Shown in pieces: positions 21,823 through 32,305 of a stretch of DNA of 64,000 bases. The notes beneath the pieces are model-generated. The model was not told the origin of the DNA, ran no database searches, and worked only from the letters and a program-made list of their open reading frames with translations. Made by a program: the position numbers and the translations under genes. Each line of letters starts with the position of its first letter. The first letter of the stretch is position 1. This DNA is from Escherichia coli (GTDB taxonomy: Bacteria > Pseudomonadota > Gammaproteobacteria > Enterobacterales > Enterobacteriaceae): assembly GCF_045037415.1 (NCBI RefSeq), contig NZ_CP173438.1, one strand, 5' to 3'.

Positions 21823-21920
21823 TCGACAAAACCTGCGTTATTCTTTCATGTTTCCCATTGCATCAAGGGGGAAATCACGGAAGAATGCGCACGTCATTTT
21901 CTCAACAACAGTGGATTGAT

Positions 21921-22934
21921 ATGAAGGTACTGGTTACCGGCGCCACCAGCGGCTTAGGTCGAAACGCGGTAGAGTTTTTATGCCAGAAAGGCATCAGCGT
22001 GCGAGCGACCGGTCGCAACGAGGCAATGGGTAAATTGCTGGAAAAAATGGGCGCAGAGTTTGTTCCGGCGGATCTGACCGAGTTGGTCTCATCACAAGCT
22101 AAAGTGATGCTCGCGGGCATTGATACGCTGTGGCACTGCTCCAGCTTTACCTCGCCCTGGGGGACACAACAGGCTTTCGATCTGGCTAACGTTCGCGCCA
22201 CTCGCCGCCTGGGTGAATGGGCTGTCGCCTGGGGTGTGCGTAACTTTATTCATATCTCTTCTCCCTCCCTGTACTTCGATTATCACCACCATCGCGATAT
22301 TAAAGAAGATTTTCGCCCTCACCGCTTCGCCAACGAGTTTGCCCGCAGCAAAGCAGCCAGCGAAGAAGTGATCAATATGCTTTCGCAGGCGAATCCACAA
22401 ACGCGCTTTACTATTCTGCGCCCACAAAGTCTGTTCGGACCGCACGATAAAGTCTTTATCCCTCGTCTGGCGCATATGATGCATCACTACGGCAGTATTC
22501 TGTTACCGCATGGCGGCAGTGCGCTGGTCGATATGACCTACTATGAAAATGCCGTGCACGCCATGTGGCTGGCAAGCCAGGAAGCGTGCGATAAGCTACC
22601 TTCCGGGCGTGTGTACAACATCACCAACGGCGAGCATCGCACACTGCGCAGCATCGTGCAGAAGCTGATCGACGAGTTGAATATTGACTGTCGTATTCGT
22701 TCGGTTCCTTACCCGATGCTGGATATGATCGCCCGCAGCATGGAGCGTTTAGGCCGCAAGTCAGCAAAAGAGCCGCCGCTGACCCACTACGGCGTCTCCA
22801 AGTTGAATTTTGACTTTACGCTGGATATTACGCGTGCGCAGGAAGAGTTAGGTTATCAGCCAGTCCTCACCCTGGATGAAGGTATCGAGAAAACTGCCGC
22901 CTGGCTGCGCGACCACGGAAAACTGCCGCGCTAA
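21921..22934 (+). CDS. ybjS: Putative NAD(P)-dependent epimerase/dehydratase YbjS (337 aa)
   Basis: ORF 21858..22934; N-terminus [13 protein letters not shown] at ATG 21921. Confidence 0.8.
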   Translation: MKVLVTGATSGLGRNAVEFLCQKGISVRATGRNEAMGKLLEKMGAEFVPADLTELVSSQAKVMLAGIDTLWHCSSFTSPWGTQQAFDLANVRATRRLGEWAVAWGVRNFIHISSPSLYFDYHHHRDIKEDFRPHRFANEFARSKAASEEVINMLSQANPQTRFTILRPQSLFGPHDKVFIPRLAHMMHHYGSILLPHGGSALVDMTYYENAVHAMWLASQEACDKLPSGRVYNITNGEHRTLRSIVQKLIDELNIDCRIRSVPYPMLDMIARSMERLGRKSAKEPPLTHYGVSKLNFDFTLDITRAQEELGYQPVLTLDEGIEKTAAWLRDHGKLPR

Positions 22935-23761
22935 TCCTGCCCGTATTTCTCCAGCAACGCTTCGGCAATCGCCTGAGTTTCTGCATCCGCTTCGCCGTTA
23001 TATAACGTCGGGCGGAAATGCATCTGGAACGCCATAATCACACGCCGCTGCTCGCGCGGAGTCATATCAGGCTTTACGTCATAACCATAACGCGCCAAAA
23101 GCTCCAGCAATGACGCGGTCTCTACCGGTGTGTGCGGCGCGCGCCCGGCAAGGTAAAAGTTCACCCGCTGCGCATCCGGCCAGGCACCAATCCCCTGCTG
23201 TGCCAGTTGCTGCCAGGGAAATAATGGCCCCGGATCGTCTTTGCGCTGTGGCGCAATATCCGCATGTGCTACTACGTTTTCCGGCTTGATGTGATAACGG
23301 GCAATAATATCTTTCGCCAGCGGAATAAGCGCCTGAATCTGTGCCGGTTCAAACGGGGCAAAATATTTCACTCCCGCCGATTTTTGCCAGCCACGGTTTT
23401 CCAGCTCAATGCCAATAGAGGTGTCGTTAAGACGCGTTGCCCCGCGCCAGGCGCTAATCCCCGCATGCCAGGCCAGTTCTTGTTCCGGCACCAGTTGCCA
23501 GATGCGCGGTTTACCGTTGTATCGCGGTGGCACCGCAGGGACCAGATAATGCGAGCTGACCTGCTTATCGGTCAGTGTCGCCAGCGAGCTATCAAAATCA
23601 TCTGCGGTGTAGTGGATCACCAGCACTTTAATGCGCGGATACGCCGCCTGCGCCTGGCGTCGGGTATCAAGCTGATATCCCTCTTTCTCGACAATGCCTT
23701 TTTCGCCTGTGCACCCTGCCAGTAACAGAGCGGCAGCGACCAGCCAGAAGACTCTTCTCAT
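22931..23761 (-). CDS. amiD: N-acetylmuramoyl-L-alanine amidase AmiD (lipoprotein, Amidase_2 family)
   Basis: 276-aa ORF with lipoprotein signal (LLLAGCTG); stop overlaps the ybjS stop convergently. Confidence 0.9.
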
Positions 23762-24081
23762 CGACGCGTTTTCACCGCCGTACCGCTGACGCTAACCATC
23801 AGCATACTGCCGTTTTGCCCGACCGTTTCGTAGTCGATATCAATACCGACGACGGCATCAGCCCCCAGCGCTCGCGCCTGGGAGCCGAGCTCCTCAAAGG
23901 CAATCTCCCGCGCTTTACGCAGTTCTTTTTCGTAGGCACCGGAGCGTCCGCCAACGATATCGCGGATACCGGCAAAGAAATCACGGAAAATATTCGCGCC
24001 TAAAATCGCTTCGCCAGTCACCACACCGCAATATTCAACGATGGTCTGGCCTTCCAGAGTTGGGGTTGTAGAAAATTGCAT
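23758..24081 (-). CDS. ybjQ: UPF0145/DUF74-family protein YbjQ
   Basis: 107-aa ORF; stop/start overlap with amiD. Confidence 0.85.
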
Positions 24082-24206
24082 GATCGATCTCCTTGTTTGC
24101 TAAGCCTTCGATCTTCAAAGCATTATCGGACTGATACGCTATTATTGAAAGGATATCATTATTATCGTAGAACGCTTTCAAGGTGTTCGCTTATAAGGAA
24201 ATCATC

Positions 24207-24722
24207 ATGCGCTATAGCAAATTGACCATGCTTATCCCTTGCGCACTGCTACTCAGTGCCTGTACCACCGTCACGCCAGCTTATAAAGATAACGGCCCCC
24301 GCACCGGTTCCTGTGTCCAGGGGGGGCCTGATAGTGTGGCTCAACAGTTCTATGACTACCGCATTCAACATCGCAGCAATGACATTACCGCTCTGCGCCC
24401 CTATTTGAGTGACAAACTGGCAACCCTACTTAGCGATGCCAGCCGCGATAATAGTCATCGTGAATTGTTAAGCAGCGATCCGTTCTCCAGTCGAACCACC
24501 TTGCCAGACAGCGCCCACGTAGCCAGTGCATCGACTATCCCTAATCGTGATGCCCGTAACATTCCATTGCGCGTGGATCTCAAGCAGGGTGACCAGGGCT
24601 GGCAGGATGAAGTGTTAATGATTCAGGAAGGCCAGTGTTGGGTCATCGACGATGTGCGCTACTTAGGCGGTAGCGTTCATGCCACGGCGGGTACGCTCCG
24701 TCAATCCATCGAGAATCGCTAA
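24207..24722 (+). CDS. ybjP: Putative lipoprotein YbjP
   Basis: ORF 24183..24722; N-terminus MRYSKLTMLIPCALLLSAC (lipobox) at ATG 24207. Confidence 0.8.
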   Translation: MRYSKLTMLIPCALLLSACTTVTPAYKDNGPRTGSCVQGGPDSVAQQFYDYRIQHRSNDITALRPYLSDKLATLLSDASRDNSHRELLSSDPFSSRTTLPDSAHVASASTIPNRDARNIPLRVDLKQGDQGWQDEVLMIQEGQCWVIDDVRYLGGSVHATAGTLRQSIENR

Positions 24723-24939
24723 CGTCTTGATCAACCAATAAACCCCGTAAATTGTCCGGCATTTCGTGAGGAATGCCGACATTTATGCTCGCCGACCACC
24801 GCCCCCGTTATTTTGTGCTATGTTTATTGAATAATGCGCTTTGCTTTTAACTTTTAAAGCAGAAATATTGCATAATTATTCTGTCAAAGGTACTATCTTC
24901 GACCTCAATAGCTATCAGACTGCCAGTATACGAGTGTCA

Positions 24940-25668
24940 ATGAGTATTCAATTAAACGGCATTAATTGCTTCTACGGCGCGCATCAGGCGCTGTTCGATA
25001 TCACGCTGGATTGCCCGCAGGGCGAAACGCTGGTGTTACTTGGCCCCAGCGGCGCGGGTAAAAGCTCGCTGCTGCGTGTACTCAATCTGCTTGAGATGCC
25101 GCGCTCCGGTACGCTCAACATTGCAGGCAACCATTTCGATTTCACCAAAACCCCCTCTGACAAAGCGATTCGCGATTTGCGTCGTAACGTTGGCATGGTG
25201 TTTCAGCAATACAACCTGTGGCCGCATCTGACCGTGCAGCAAAACCTGATTGAAGCGCCCTGCCGTGTACTGGGGCTGAGTAAAGATCAGGCGCTGGCCC
25301 GTGCAGAAAAACTGCTGGAACGTCTGCGTCTTAAACCTTATAGCGATCGTTACCCGCTGCATCTTTCTGGTGGTCAGCAGCAGCGTGTTGCTATTGCCCG
25401 TGCGTTGATGATGGAACCGCAGGTACTGCTGTTCGATGAACCGACCGCCGCACTGGACCCCGAAATTACGGCACAAATCGTCAGCATCATTCGTGAGCTG
25501 GCAGAAACGAATATTACCCAGGTGATCGTCACCCACGAAGTTGAAGTGGCGCGTAAAACCGCCAGCCGAGTGGTGTATATGGAAAACGGTCATATCGTAG
25601 AACAAGGCGACGCGAGCTGCTTTACCGAGCCGCAAACCGAAGCATTTAAAAACTATCTCTCTCACTAA
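24940..25668 (+). CDS. artP: Arginine ABC transporter ATP-binding protein ArtP (242 aa)
   Basis: ORF 24841..25668; N-terminus [13 protein letters not shown] at ATG 24940; Walker [10 protein letters not shown], signature LSGGQQQR. Confidence 0.92.
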
Positions 25669-25685
25669 GATTCGGGATAACAACA

Positions 25686-26417
25686 ATGAAAAAAGTTCTG
25701 ATTGCCGCGTTAATTGCAGGTTTTAGTCTTTCCGCCACAGCAGCCGAAACCATTCGTTTTGCCACCGAAGCCTCCTATCCTCCGTTTGAATCGATTGATG
25801 CAAACAACCAGATCGTTGGTTTTGATGTCGACCTGGCGCAGGCATTGTGTAAAGAGATTGATGCAACCTGCACTTTCTCTAACCAGGCGTTTGACAGCCT
25901 GATCCCAAGCCTGAAATTCCGTCGCGTAGAAGCAGTGATGGCGGGCATGGATATCACTCCGGAGCGTGAAAAGCAGGTGCTGTTTACCACCCCGTACTAT
26001 GACAACTCTGCCCTGTTTGTGGGTCAGCAAGGCAAATACACCAGTGTTGATCAGCTGAAAGGCAAAAAAGTTGGCGTTCAGAACGGGACGACACACCAGA
26101 AGTTCATTATGGATAAGCATCCGGAAATCACTACCGTGCCATATGACAGTTACCAGAACGCAAAACTGGATCTGCAAAACGGTCGTATCGACAGCGTATT
26201 TGGTGACACCGCAGTGGTAACTGAATGGCTGAAAGATAACCCGAAACTGGCGGCAGTGGGCGATAAAGTGACCGATAAAGATTACTTCGGTACTGGCCTC
26301 GGCATCGCAGTACGCCAGGGCAACACTGAACTGCAGCAGAAATTCAACACTGCGCTGGAAAAAGTGAAGAAAGATGGCACTTACGAAACCATCTACAACA
26401 AATGGTTCCAGAAGTAA
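25686..26417 (+). CDS. artI: Arginine-binding periplasmic protein ArtI
   Basis: 243-aa ORF with signal peptide; paralogous to ArtJ downstream. Confidence 0.9.
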   Translation: MKKVLIAALIAGFSLSATAAETIRFATEASYPPFESIDANNQIVGFDVDLAQALCKEIDATCTFSNQAFDSLIPSLKFRRVEAVMAGMDITPEREKQVLFTTPYYDNSALFVGQQGKYTSVDQLKGKKVGVQNGTTHQKFIMDKHPEITTVPYDSYQNAKLDLQNGRIDSVFGDTAVVTEWLKDNPKLAAVGDKVTDKDYFGTGLGIAVRQGNTELQQKFNTALEKVKKDGTYETIYNKWFQK

Positions 26418-26423
26418 TTCCTG

Positions 26424-27140
26424 ATGAATGAATTTTTTCCTTTAGCAAGCGCCGCCGGGATGACCGTCGGCCTTGCCGTTTGTGCATTGATTGTCGGGCT
26501 GGCGCTGGCGATGTTCTTTGCGGTATGGGAGTCTGCGAAATGGCGTCCTGTCGCGTGGGCAGGTTCAGCGCTGGTAACCATTCTGCGTGGCCTGCCAGAA
26601 ATTCTGGTGGTGCTGTTTATCTATTTTGGCTCCTCGCAGCTGCTGCTGACGCTTTCGGATGGCTTCACTATCAATCTTGGGTTCGTGCAGATCCCGGTGC
26701 AGATGGACATTGAGAACTTCGACGTTAGCCCGTTCCTTTGTGGTGTCATCGCTCTGTCACTGCTGTATGCCGCCTATGCCTCGCAAACGCTGCGTGGTGC
26801 ATTAAAAGCGGTGCCGGTGGGGCAGTGGGAATCCGGTCAGGCGCTGGGGCTGTCGAAATCGGCTATCTTTTTCCGTCTGGTGATGCCGCAGATGTGGCGT
26901 CATGCGCTGCCGGGTCTCGGTAACCAGTGGCTGGTGCTGCTGAAAGATACCGCGCTGGTCAGTTTGATTAGTGTGAATGATTTAATGCTACAAACCAAAA
27001 GCATCGCTACCCGTACCCAGGAACCGTTTACCTGGTACATTGTGGCGGCGGCGATTTACCTGGTGATCACCCTGCTCAGTCAGTACATTCTCAAACGCAT
27101 TGACCTGCGCGCGACACGTTTTGAGCGGAGGCCCAGCTAA
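26424..27140 (+). CDS. artQ: Arginine ABC transporter permease ArtQ
   Basis: 238-aa polytopic permease ORF in the art operon. Confidence 0.9.
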
Positions 27141-27808
27141 TGTTTGAGTATTTACCCGAACTGATGAAAGGGCTGCACACCAGCCTGACGCTAACCGTTG
27201 CCTCGCTGATTGTGGCACTGATTCTGGCATTGATTTTTACCATCATCCTGACGCTGAAAACGCCGGTGCTGGTGTGGCTGGTACGGGGCTATATCACGCT
27301 GTTTACCGGTACGCCGCTGCTGGTGCAGATCTTCCTGATTTATTACGGGCCGGGCCAGTTCCCGACGTTGCAGGAGTATCCGGCACTGTGGCATTTGTTG
27401 TCAGAACCGTGGTTATGTGCGCTGATTGCGTTGTCGCTGAACAGTGCGGCGTACACCACGCAGCTGTTTTACGGTGCGATTCGCGCGATCCCGGAAGGTC
27501 AATGGCAGTCCTGTAGCGCCCTGGGAATGAGCAAAAAAGATACGCTGGCGATCCTGCTGCCGTACGCGTTTAAACGCTCGCTCTCTTCTTATTCCAACGA
27601 AGTGGTGCTGGTGTTCAAAAGTACCTCTCTGGCTTACACCATTACGCTCATGGAAGTGATGGGATACAGCCAGTTGTTGTACGGACGCACCTACGATGTA
27701 ATGGTATTTGGCGCGGCGGGGATTATTTACCTGGTCGTCAACGGCCTGCTGACGCTGATGATGCGTCTGATCGAGCGTAAAGCACTGGCATTCGAACGGC
27801 GGAATTAA
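27140..27808 (+). CDS. artM: Arginine ABC transporter permease ArtM
   Basis: 222-aa permease; start overlaps the artQ stop. Confidence 0.9.
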   Translation: MFEYLPELMKGLHTSLTLTVASLIVALILALIFTIILTLKTPVLVWLVRGYITLFTGTPLLVQIFLIYYGPGQFPTLQEYPALWHLLSEPWLCALIALSLNSAAYTTQLFYGAIRAIPEGQWQSCSALGMSKKDTLAILLPYAFKRSLSSYSNEVVLVFKSTSLAYTITLMEVMGYSQLLYGRTYDVMVFGAAGIIYLVVNGLLTLMMRLIERKALAFERRN

Positions 27809-27821
27809 TGTAGCTGCATGC

Positions 27822-27860
27822 TGATGCCGGATGCGGCGTGGACGCCTTATCCGGCCTACA
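27822..27860. repeat. REP (repetitive extragenic palindromic) element
   Basis: tgatgccggatgcggcgtggacgccttatccggcctaca matches the canonical E. coli REP consensus; lies just after the artM stop. Confidence 0.75.
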
Positions 27861-27883
27861 TAGTGCATAAATTCTTATTATGA

Positions 27884-27918
27884 AGACGGACAACCCACTA
27901 AGCTGTCCGTCTTTTTTT
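27884..27918 (+). terminator. Rho-independent terminator of artPIQM
   Basis: Stem gacggaca/tgtccgtc followed by a T7 run. Confidence 0.6.
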
Positions 27919-27920
27919 AT

Positions 27921-27965
27921 TTCATATAAATTATTTACTCATATTTATTGCATATAAATTCACTT
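27921..27965. promoter_or_regulatory. Putative ArgR operator (ARG boxes) upstream of artJ
   Basis: ttgcatataaattcactt (27948-27965) resembles the ARG box wnTGAATwwwwATTCAnw; a weaker adjacent box is upstream; art genes are known ArgR targets. Confidence 0.35.
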
Positions 27966-28033
27966 AATGGCATTGTTATCCCATGCCGCAGACACGGCCA
28001 AAAATCATAAGATTGACAGACGGGAGTTCCATC

Positions 28034-28765
28034 ATGAAAAAGTTAGTTCTTGCCGCTTTACTTGCTTCTTTTACTTTCGGTGCTTCTGCCGCAGAGAAAA
28101 TCAATTTTGGCGTTTCAGCCACCTATCCACCCTTTGAATCTATAGGTGCTAATAATGAGATTGTCGGCTTTGATATCGACCTGGCAAAAGCCTTGTGCAA
28201 ACAAATGCAGGCAGAATGTACTTTTACTAATCACGCTTTCGACAGCCTGATCCCGTCACTGAAATTCAGAAAATATGACGCCGTAATCTCCGGAATGGAT
28301 ATCACGCCGGAGCGTAGCAAACAGGTATCGTTTACCACGCCCTACTACGAAAACTCAGCCGTCGTGATTGCCAAAAAAGATACCTACAAAACGTTTGCCG
28401 ATCTGAAAGGCAAACGTATTGGGATGGAAAACGGCACCACGCACCAGAAATATATTCAGGATCAGCACCCGGAAGTGAAAACTGTCTCCTATGACAGTTA
28501 TCAGAATGCCTTTATCGATCTGAAAAATGGCCGTATTGATGGCGTATTTGGTGACACCGCAGTGGTAAACGAATGGCTGAAAACCAATCCGCAACTGGGC
28601 GTTGCTACTGAAAAAGTGACCGATCCGCAATACTTCGGCACCGGCCTGGGTATCGCTGTACGTCCGGATAACAAAGCTCTGCTGGAAAAACTGAATAACG
28701 CGCTGGCAGCAATTAAAGCTGACGGTACATATCAGAAAATCAATGACCAGTGGTTCCCACAGTAA
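28034..28765 (+). CDS. artJ: Arginine-binding periplasmic protein ArtJ (243 aa)
   Basis: ORF 27983..28765; N-terminus MKKLVLAALLASFTFGASA at ATG 28034 with RBS gggag. Confidence 0.92.
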   Translation: MKKLVLAALLASFTFGASAAEKINFGVSATYPPFESIGANNEIVGFDIDLAKALCKQMQAECTFTNHAFDSLIPSLKFRKYDAVISGMDITPERSKQVSFTTPYYENSAVVIAKKDTYKTFADLKGKRIGMENGTTHQKYIQDQHPEVKTVSYDSYQNAFIDLKNGRIDGVFGDTAVVNEWLKTNPQLGVATEKVTDPQYFGTGLGIAVRPDNKALLEKLNNALAAIKADGTYQKINDQWFPQ

Positions 28766-28772
28766 GATTCAG

Positions 28773-28797
28773 AAAGCCGCACCTGCGGCTTTTTTAT
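28773..28797. terminator. Bidirectional terminator hairpin between convergent artJ and rlmC
   Basis: Stem aaagccgca/tgcggcttt followed by a T-run; overlaps the rlmC stop codon. Confidence 0.55.
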
Positions 28798-29921
28798 TGC
28801 TTCACCAGTAGCGTCAGCACTTCATAGTGCGCGGTGTGCGGGAACATATCAAAAAGCTGTACCCGTTCGATGCGATAACCAGGCAGTTCGCGGATATCTT
28901 TCGCCATAGTTTGGGCGTTACAGCTGGAGTAGATAATAAAACGCGGTGCCATCGTTGAGAGATAATCACACAGCGGTTTACCGATGCCGCGGCGCGGCGG
29001 GTTAACCAGCACCAGCTCCGGCACTTCCCCCTGAGCGGTGGCAAACTGCGTAGAGTCCAGCGCCTGAAATTGCAAACGCGTTAAGCCCAGTTCAGCGGCT
29101 GACTGCTTCGCACAGGCAATGGCCTCTGGTGCAATTTCGATCCCGGTTAACTGCATGTCAGGCGTCGCGCAGTGTAAACCAAAGCCACCCACACCGCAGA
29201 ACAGATCCCACATATGTTTAACCGGCAGCTGTCGTACCCAGTCGCGCGCGGTGGCGTACAGCTGGCTGGCGACCGCCGGATTAGTCTGGAAGAAACTTTG
29301 CGGACGGATCCACAGCGGTACGTCATTAAAACGCTCTGCCAGTGCCTGTTGTTCGGTCAGGTAGATCTCCGTCTCCCCTTCCATAATCGCCATATGTACC
29401 GGCTGAATATTGACGGTAATAACTTTCAGCTGCGGTAATTGTTCCTGTAACCACGGCAGCGCCTTACGCAATTGCGCCAGTTTGGTATCAGAACGCAGTA
29501 CAAAACGCAGCATCATGCCACCATCGCTCTGGCTTTCAGTCAGCAGAATGTATTTCAGTTCACCACGTTTACGCGCCACGTTGTAGGGCGTTAACCCCGC
29601 ACGGGCGATAAACGGTTTTAGCGCCGCAAAAACGGGCGCAAATGAGGCTGGATAAAGCGGGCAGTCACAAAGGTCTTCCGGTGTACCATCTCGATGCAGC
29701 ATACCGAGCAGTGGTTTTTCAACGCTACCACTCACCACCATTTTGGCTTTATTACGAAACCCTTGTTCCGGGCCTGACACCGGCGCACACCATTCCTCAA
29801 CCGGAAAATCGGCGAGCAGATTTTTAAGATCGGCAGTTTTAGCGGAGAGTTGCTCTGGAATCGGCTGCGTTATCCACTGACAGGAACGACAGCGACCCGC
29901 GTCGTAAAGTGCGCACTGCAT
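28794..29921 (-). CDS. rlmC: 23S rRNA (uracil747-C5)-methyltransferase RlmC
   Basis: 375-aa ORF; N-terminal Cys cluster ([14 protein letters not shown]) and SAM methyltransferase fold. Confidence 0.9.
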   Translation of the reverse strand: MQCALYDAGRCRSCQWITQPIPEQLSAKTADLKNLLADFPVEEWCAPVSGPEQGFRNKAKMVVSGSVEKPLLGMLHRDGTPEDLCDCPLYPASFAPVFAALKPFIARAGLTPYNVARKRGELKYILLTESQSDGGMMLRFVLRSDTKLAQLRKALPWLQEQLPQLKVITVNIQPVHMAIMEGETEIYLTEQQALAERFNDVPLWIRPQSFFQTNPAVASQLYATARDWVRQLPVKHMWDLFCGVGGFGLHCATPDMQLTGIEIAPEAIACAKQSAAELGLTRLQFQALDSTQFATAQGEVPELVLVNPPRRGIGKPLCDYLSTMAPRFIIYSSCNAQTMAKDIRELPGYRIERVQLFDMFPHTAHYEVLTLLVKQ

Positions 29922-29961
29922 ACATTGACCTTCACATCATCAGGGGCGACGATTATACACA

Positions 29962-30450
29962 TTATTGCAACTGGAAGAACCGCCGACTGGTCGAGGGAAC
30001 GAACAGCAGCATCAGGATGAGCATATCCGGCAGCTTCTGCAGCATCAGGCTATGGAAGATTTCACGTTTTGATTCACCGGGAATGCTGAACAGCTCCGGA
30101 TAACCATACCCCAGCGAAGCCGCCCACAAGTAACTTGCGGCTGTGATTTGTGTCAACAGATACAGCCAGCGCGCCCAGCGACGCCCTTTCACCAGTGAAA
30201 ACGCACACCAGATCTCAATGAAAACCAGCACCAGACTGCTCAAAAAGACCAGCGTTAAACTCCAGGTTTGTACGCTGCGATGAATGAACTCGCCAATACC
30301 GCGCACGCCCAGCGTATTGAAAATCATCAGCACGTCGAGGCCACGGATCATAATAATGGCGAGCGCCGCCACCTGCACCAGCGCAGGCACATTCAGGCGA
30401 GCATGAGATGAAGATGTTTTCTTAAAAAATCCCAACGTTTCGTCTTCCAT
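29962..30450 (-). CDS. ybjO: Inner membrane protein YbjO (DUF2593)
   Basis: 162-aa hydrophobic ORF at the conserved position. Confidence 0.85.
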   Translation of the reverse strand: MEDETLGFFKKTSSSHARLNVPALVQVAALAIIMIRGLDVLMIFNTLGVRGIGEFIHRSVQTWSLTLVFLSSLVLVFIEIWCAFSLVKGRRWARWLYLLTQITAASYLWAASLGYGYPELFSIPGESKREIFHSLMLQKLPDMLILMLLFVPSTSRRFFQLQ

Positions 30451-30509
30451 GAAAACAATGCCGCGACATGCGCGGCATTATGTAGCCAGGTTGGCAAATT
30501 TTAGTGTCT

Positions 30510-31355
30510 TCAGCCACGTCTTGCACGCTGGATGTCGCGTATCCGCTGTTTTTCTGCGCGCGCCATCAGATACCAGGCGATAAATCCGACAATTCCGACC
30601 GCGCCGAGGATCAATGTTGCCAGGGCGTTGATTTCCGGATTCACCCCCATCCGCACGCTGGAAAAGACCAGCATCGGTAATGTGGTGGCTCCCGGCCCGG
30701 AAACAAAGCTGGCGATCACCAGATCATCAAGCGACAAAGTAAAAGCCAGTAACCAGCCAGAAATGATCGCGGGCATGATCATCGGTAGCGTAATGACAAA
30801 AAACACTTTCAGCGGCGTCGCACCGAGATCCATCGCGGCTTCTTCTATCGAGCGATCCAGTTCCCGCAGACGCGACGAAATAACGACTGCCACATAAGCC
30901 GTACAGAAAGTGACATGCGCCAGCCAGATGGTGAGCATACCGCGGTCCGCAGGCCAGCCAATAGCATGAGCAAGCGCGACGAATAACAACAACAGCGACA
31001 AACCCGTGATGACATCTGGCATTACCAGCGGTGCGGTGATCATGAAGGCAAAACCATTTGATCCGCGAAACCTGCCAAAGCGCACCAGCACGACCGCCGC
31101 AATAGTCCCGAGGATCGCCGCCGCCGTCGCCGCACAGGCCGCAATTGTCAGACTTAAAGCAACCGCACTCATCATCGCGTCATCGCGCAATAATTCGCCA
31201 TACCAGCGCGTTGACCAGCCGGCCCACACCGTCACTAGCTTCGAGCTGTTAAACGAATAGATAACAAGCATCAGCATTGGCGCGTAGAGAAAGGTGAAGC
31301 CCAACAGCAAAATCACAATCCGCCAGGGCGAACGAACCACCGGTAAATTATTCAT
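30510..31355 (-). CDS. potI: Putrescine ABC transporter permease PotI (281 aa)
   Basis: ORF 30510..31397; N-terminus MNNLPVVRSPW at ATG 31355, overlapping the potH stop (ATGA). Confidence 0.9.
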   Translation of the reverse strand: MNNLPVVRSPWRIVILLLGFTFLYAPMLMLVIYSFNSSKLVTVWAGWSTRWYGELLRDDAMMSAVALSLTIAACAATAAAILGTIAAVVLVRFGRFRGSNGFAFMITAPLVMPDVITGLSLLLLFVALAHAIGWPADRGMLTIWLAHVTFCTAYVAVVISSRLRELDRSIEEAAMDLGATPLKVFFVITLPMIMPAIISGWLLAFTLSLDDLVIASFVSGPGATTLPMLVFSSVRMGVNPEINALATLILGAVGIVGFIAWYLMARAEKQRIRDIQRARRG

Positions 31356-32296
31356 CCGTGTTCTCCCTCGCTTTTTTGCTGATGTTTGTGGAACCACATT
31401 ATCGGCATAATTAGCAGCAGCAACATGACGATCGCTACCGCTGAGGCCACCGGCCAGTCGCGGTTGTTAAAGAACTCCTGCCACAGCACGCGCCCGATCA
31501 TGATGCTGTCCGGGCCACCGAGCAGTTCCGGGATCACAAACTCGCCCACAGCCGGGATAAACACCAGCATCGATCCGGCAATAATCCCACCTTTAGTCAG
31601 CGGCACGATCACAGTAAAGAACGTTTTCAGCGGTCGTGCACCGAGATCCAGTGCCGCTTCTACCAGCGAATAATCAATACGAATCAACGCGGTGTAAATC
31701 GGCAGCACCATAAACGGCACGTAGGCGTAAACAATGCCAATATAAACCGCAAAGTTGGTATGCAGAATGGTCAGCGGTTGATCGATAATCCCCAGCCACA
31801 GCAGAAAATTATTCAGCACACCGTTGTTTTTTAATATTCCCATCCAGGCGTAGACACGAATCAGAAACGAGGTCCACGACGGCAGGATCACCAGTAGTAA
31901 TAAGATATTACGGGTCGAAGGCTTACTGTGCGCCACCGCCCACGCCAGCGGATAGCCGATCAGTAAACAGCAAATAGTCGAAATCGCCGCCACCTGTAAC
32001 GACTGGAGATAAGCATCAAAATAGAGCGGATCGTCGGTCAGTTGCAGAAAATTACCGAGATTAAGAGTGATAGAAAGTTGCCCGTCAGCCCACTCCATCA
32101 ATTCGGTATAAGGTGGAATAGCGCGCGCCATCTCCGCCAGGCTTATTTTAAAGACGATCAGAAATGGCAGCAGAAACAGCAAGATCAACCAGATATACGG
32201 CAACGCAATAACCAGTTTGCGCCCATGTTTCATTTGCAGCTGCGACAACCACAGCTTAAAGGGTTTTGGCTGGGCAGCAGGTTCAAGTGTACTCAT
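31352..32296 (-). CDS. potH: Putrescine ABC transporter permease PotH
   Basis: 314-aa ORF with ATG at 32296 preceded by aggagcaaag. Confidence 0.9.
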   Translation of the reverse strand: MSTLEPAAQPKPFKLWLSQLQMKHGRKLVIALPYIWLILLFLLPFLIVFKISLAEMARAIPPYTELMEWADGQLSITLNLGNFLQLTDDPLYFDAYLQSLQVAAISTICCLLIGYPLAWAVAHSKPSTRNILLLLVILPSWTSFLIRVYAWMGILKNNGVLNNFLLWLGIIDQPLTILHTNFAVYIGIVYAYVPFMVLPIYTALIRIDYSLVEAALDLGARPLKTFFTVIVPLTKGGIIAGSMLVFIPAVGEFVIPELLGGPDSIMIGRVLWQEFFNNRDWPVASAVAIVMLLLLIMPIMWFHKHQQKSEGEHG

Positions 32297-32305
32297 CTTT
32301 GCTCC

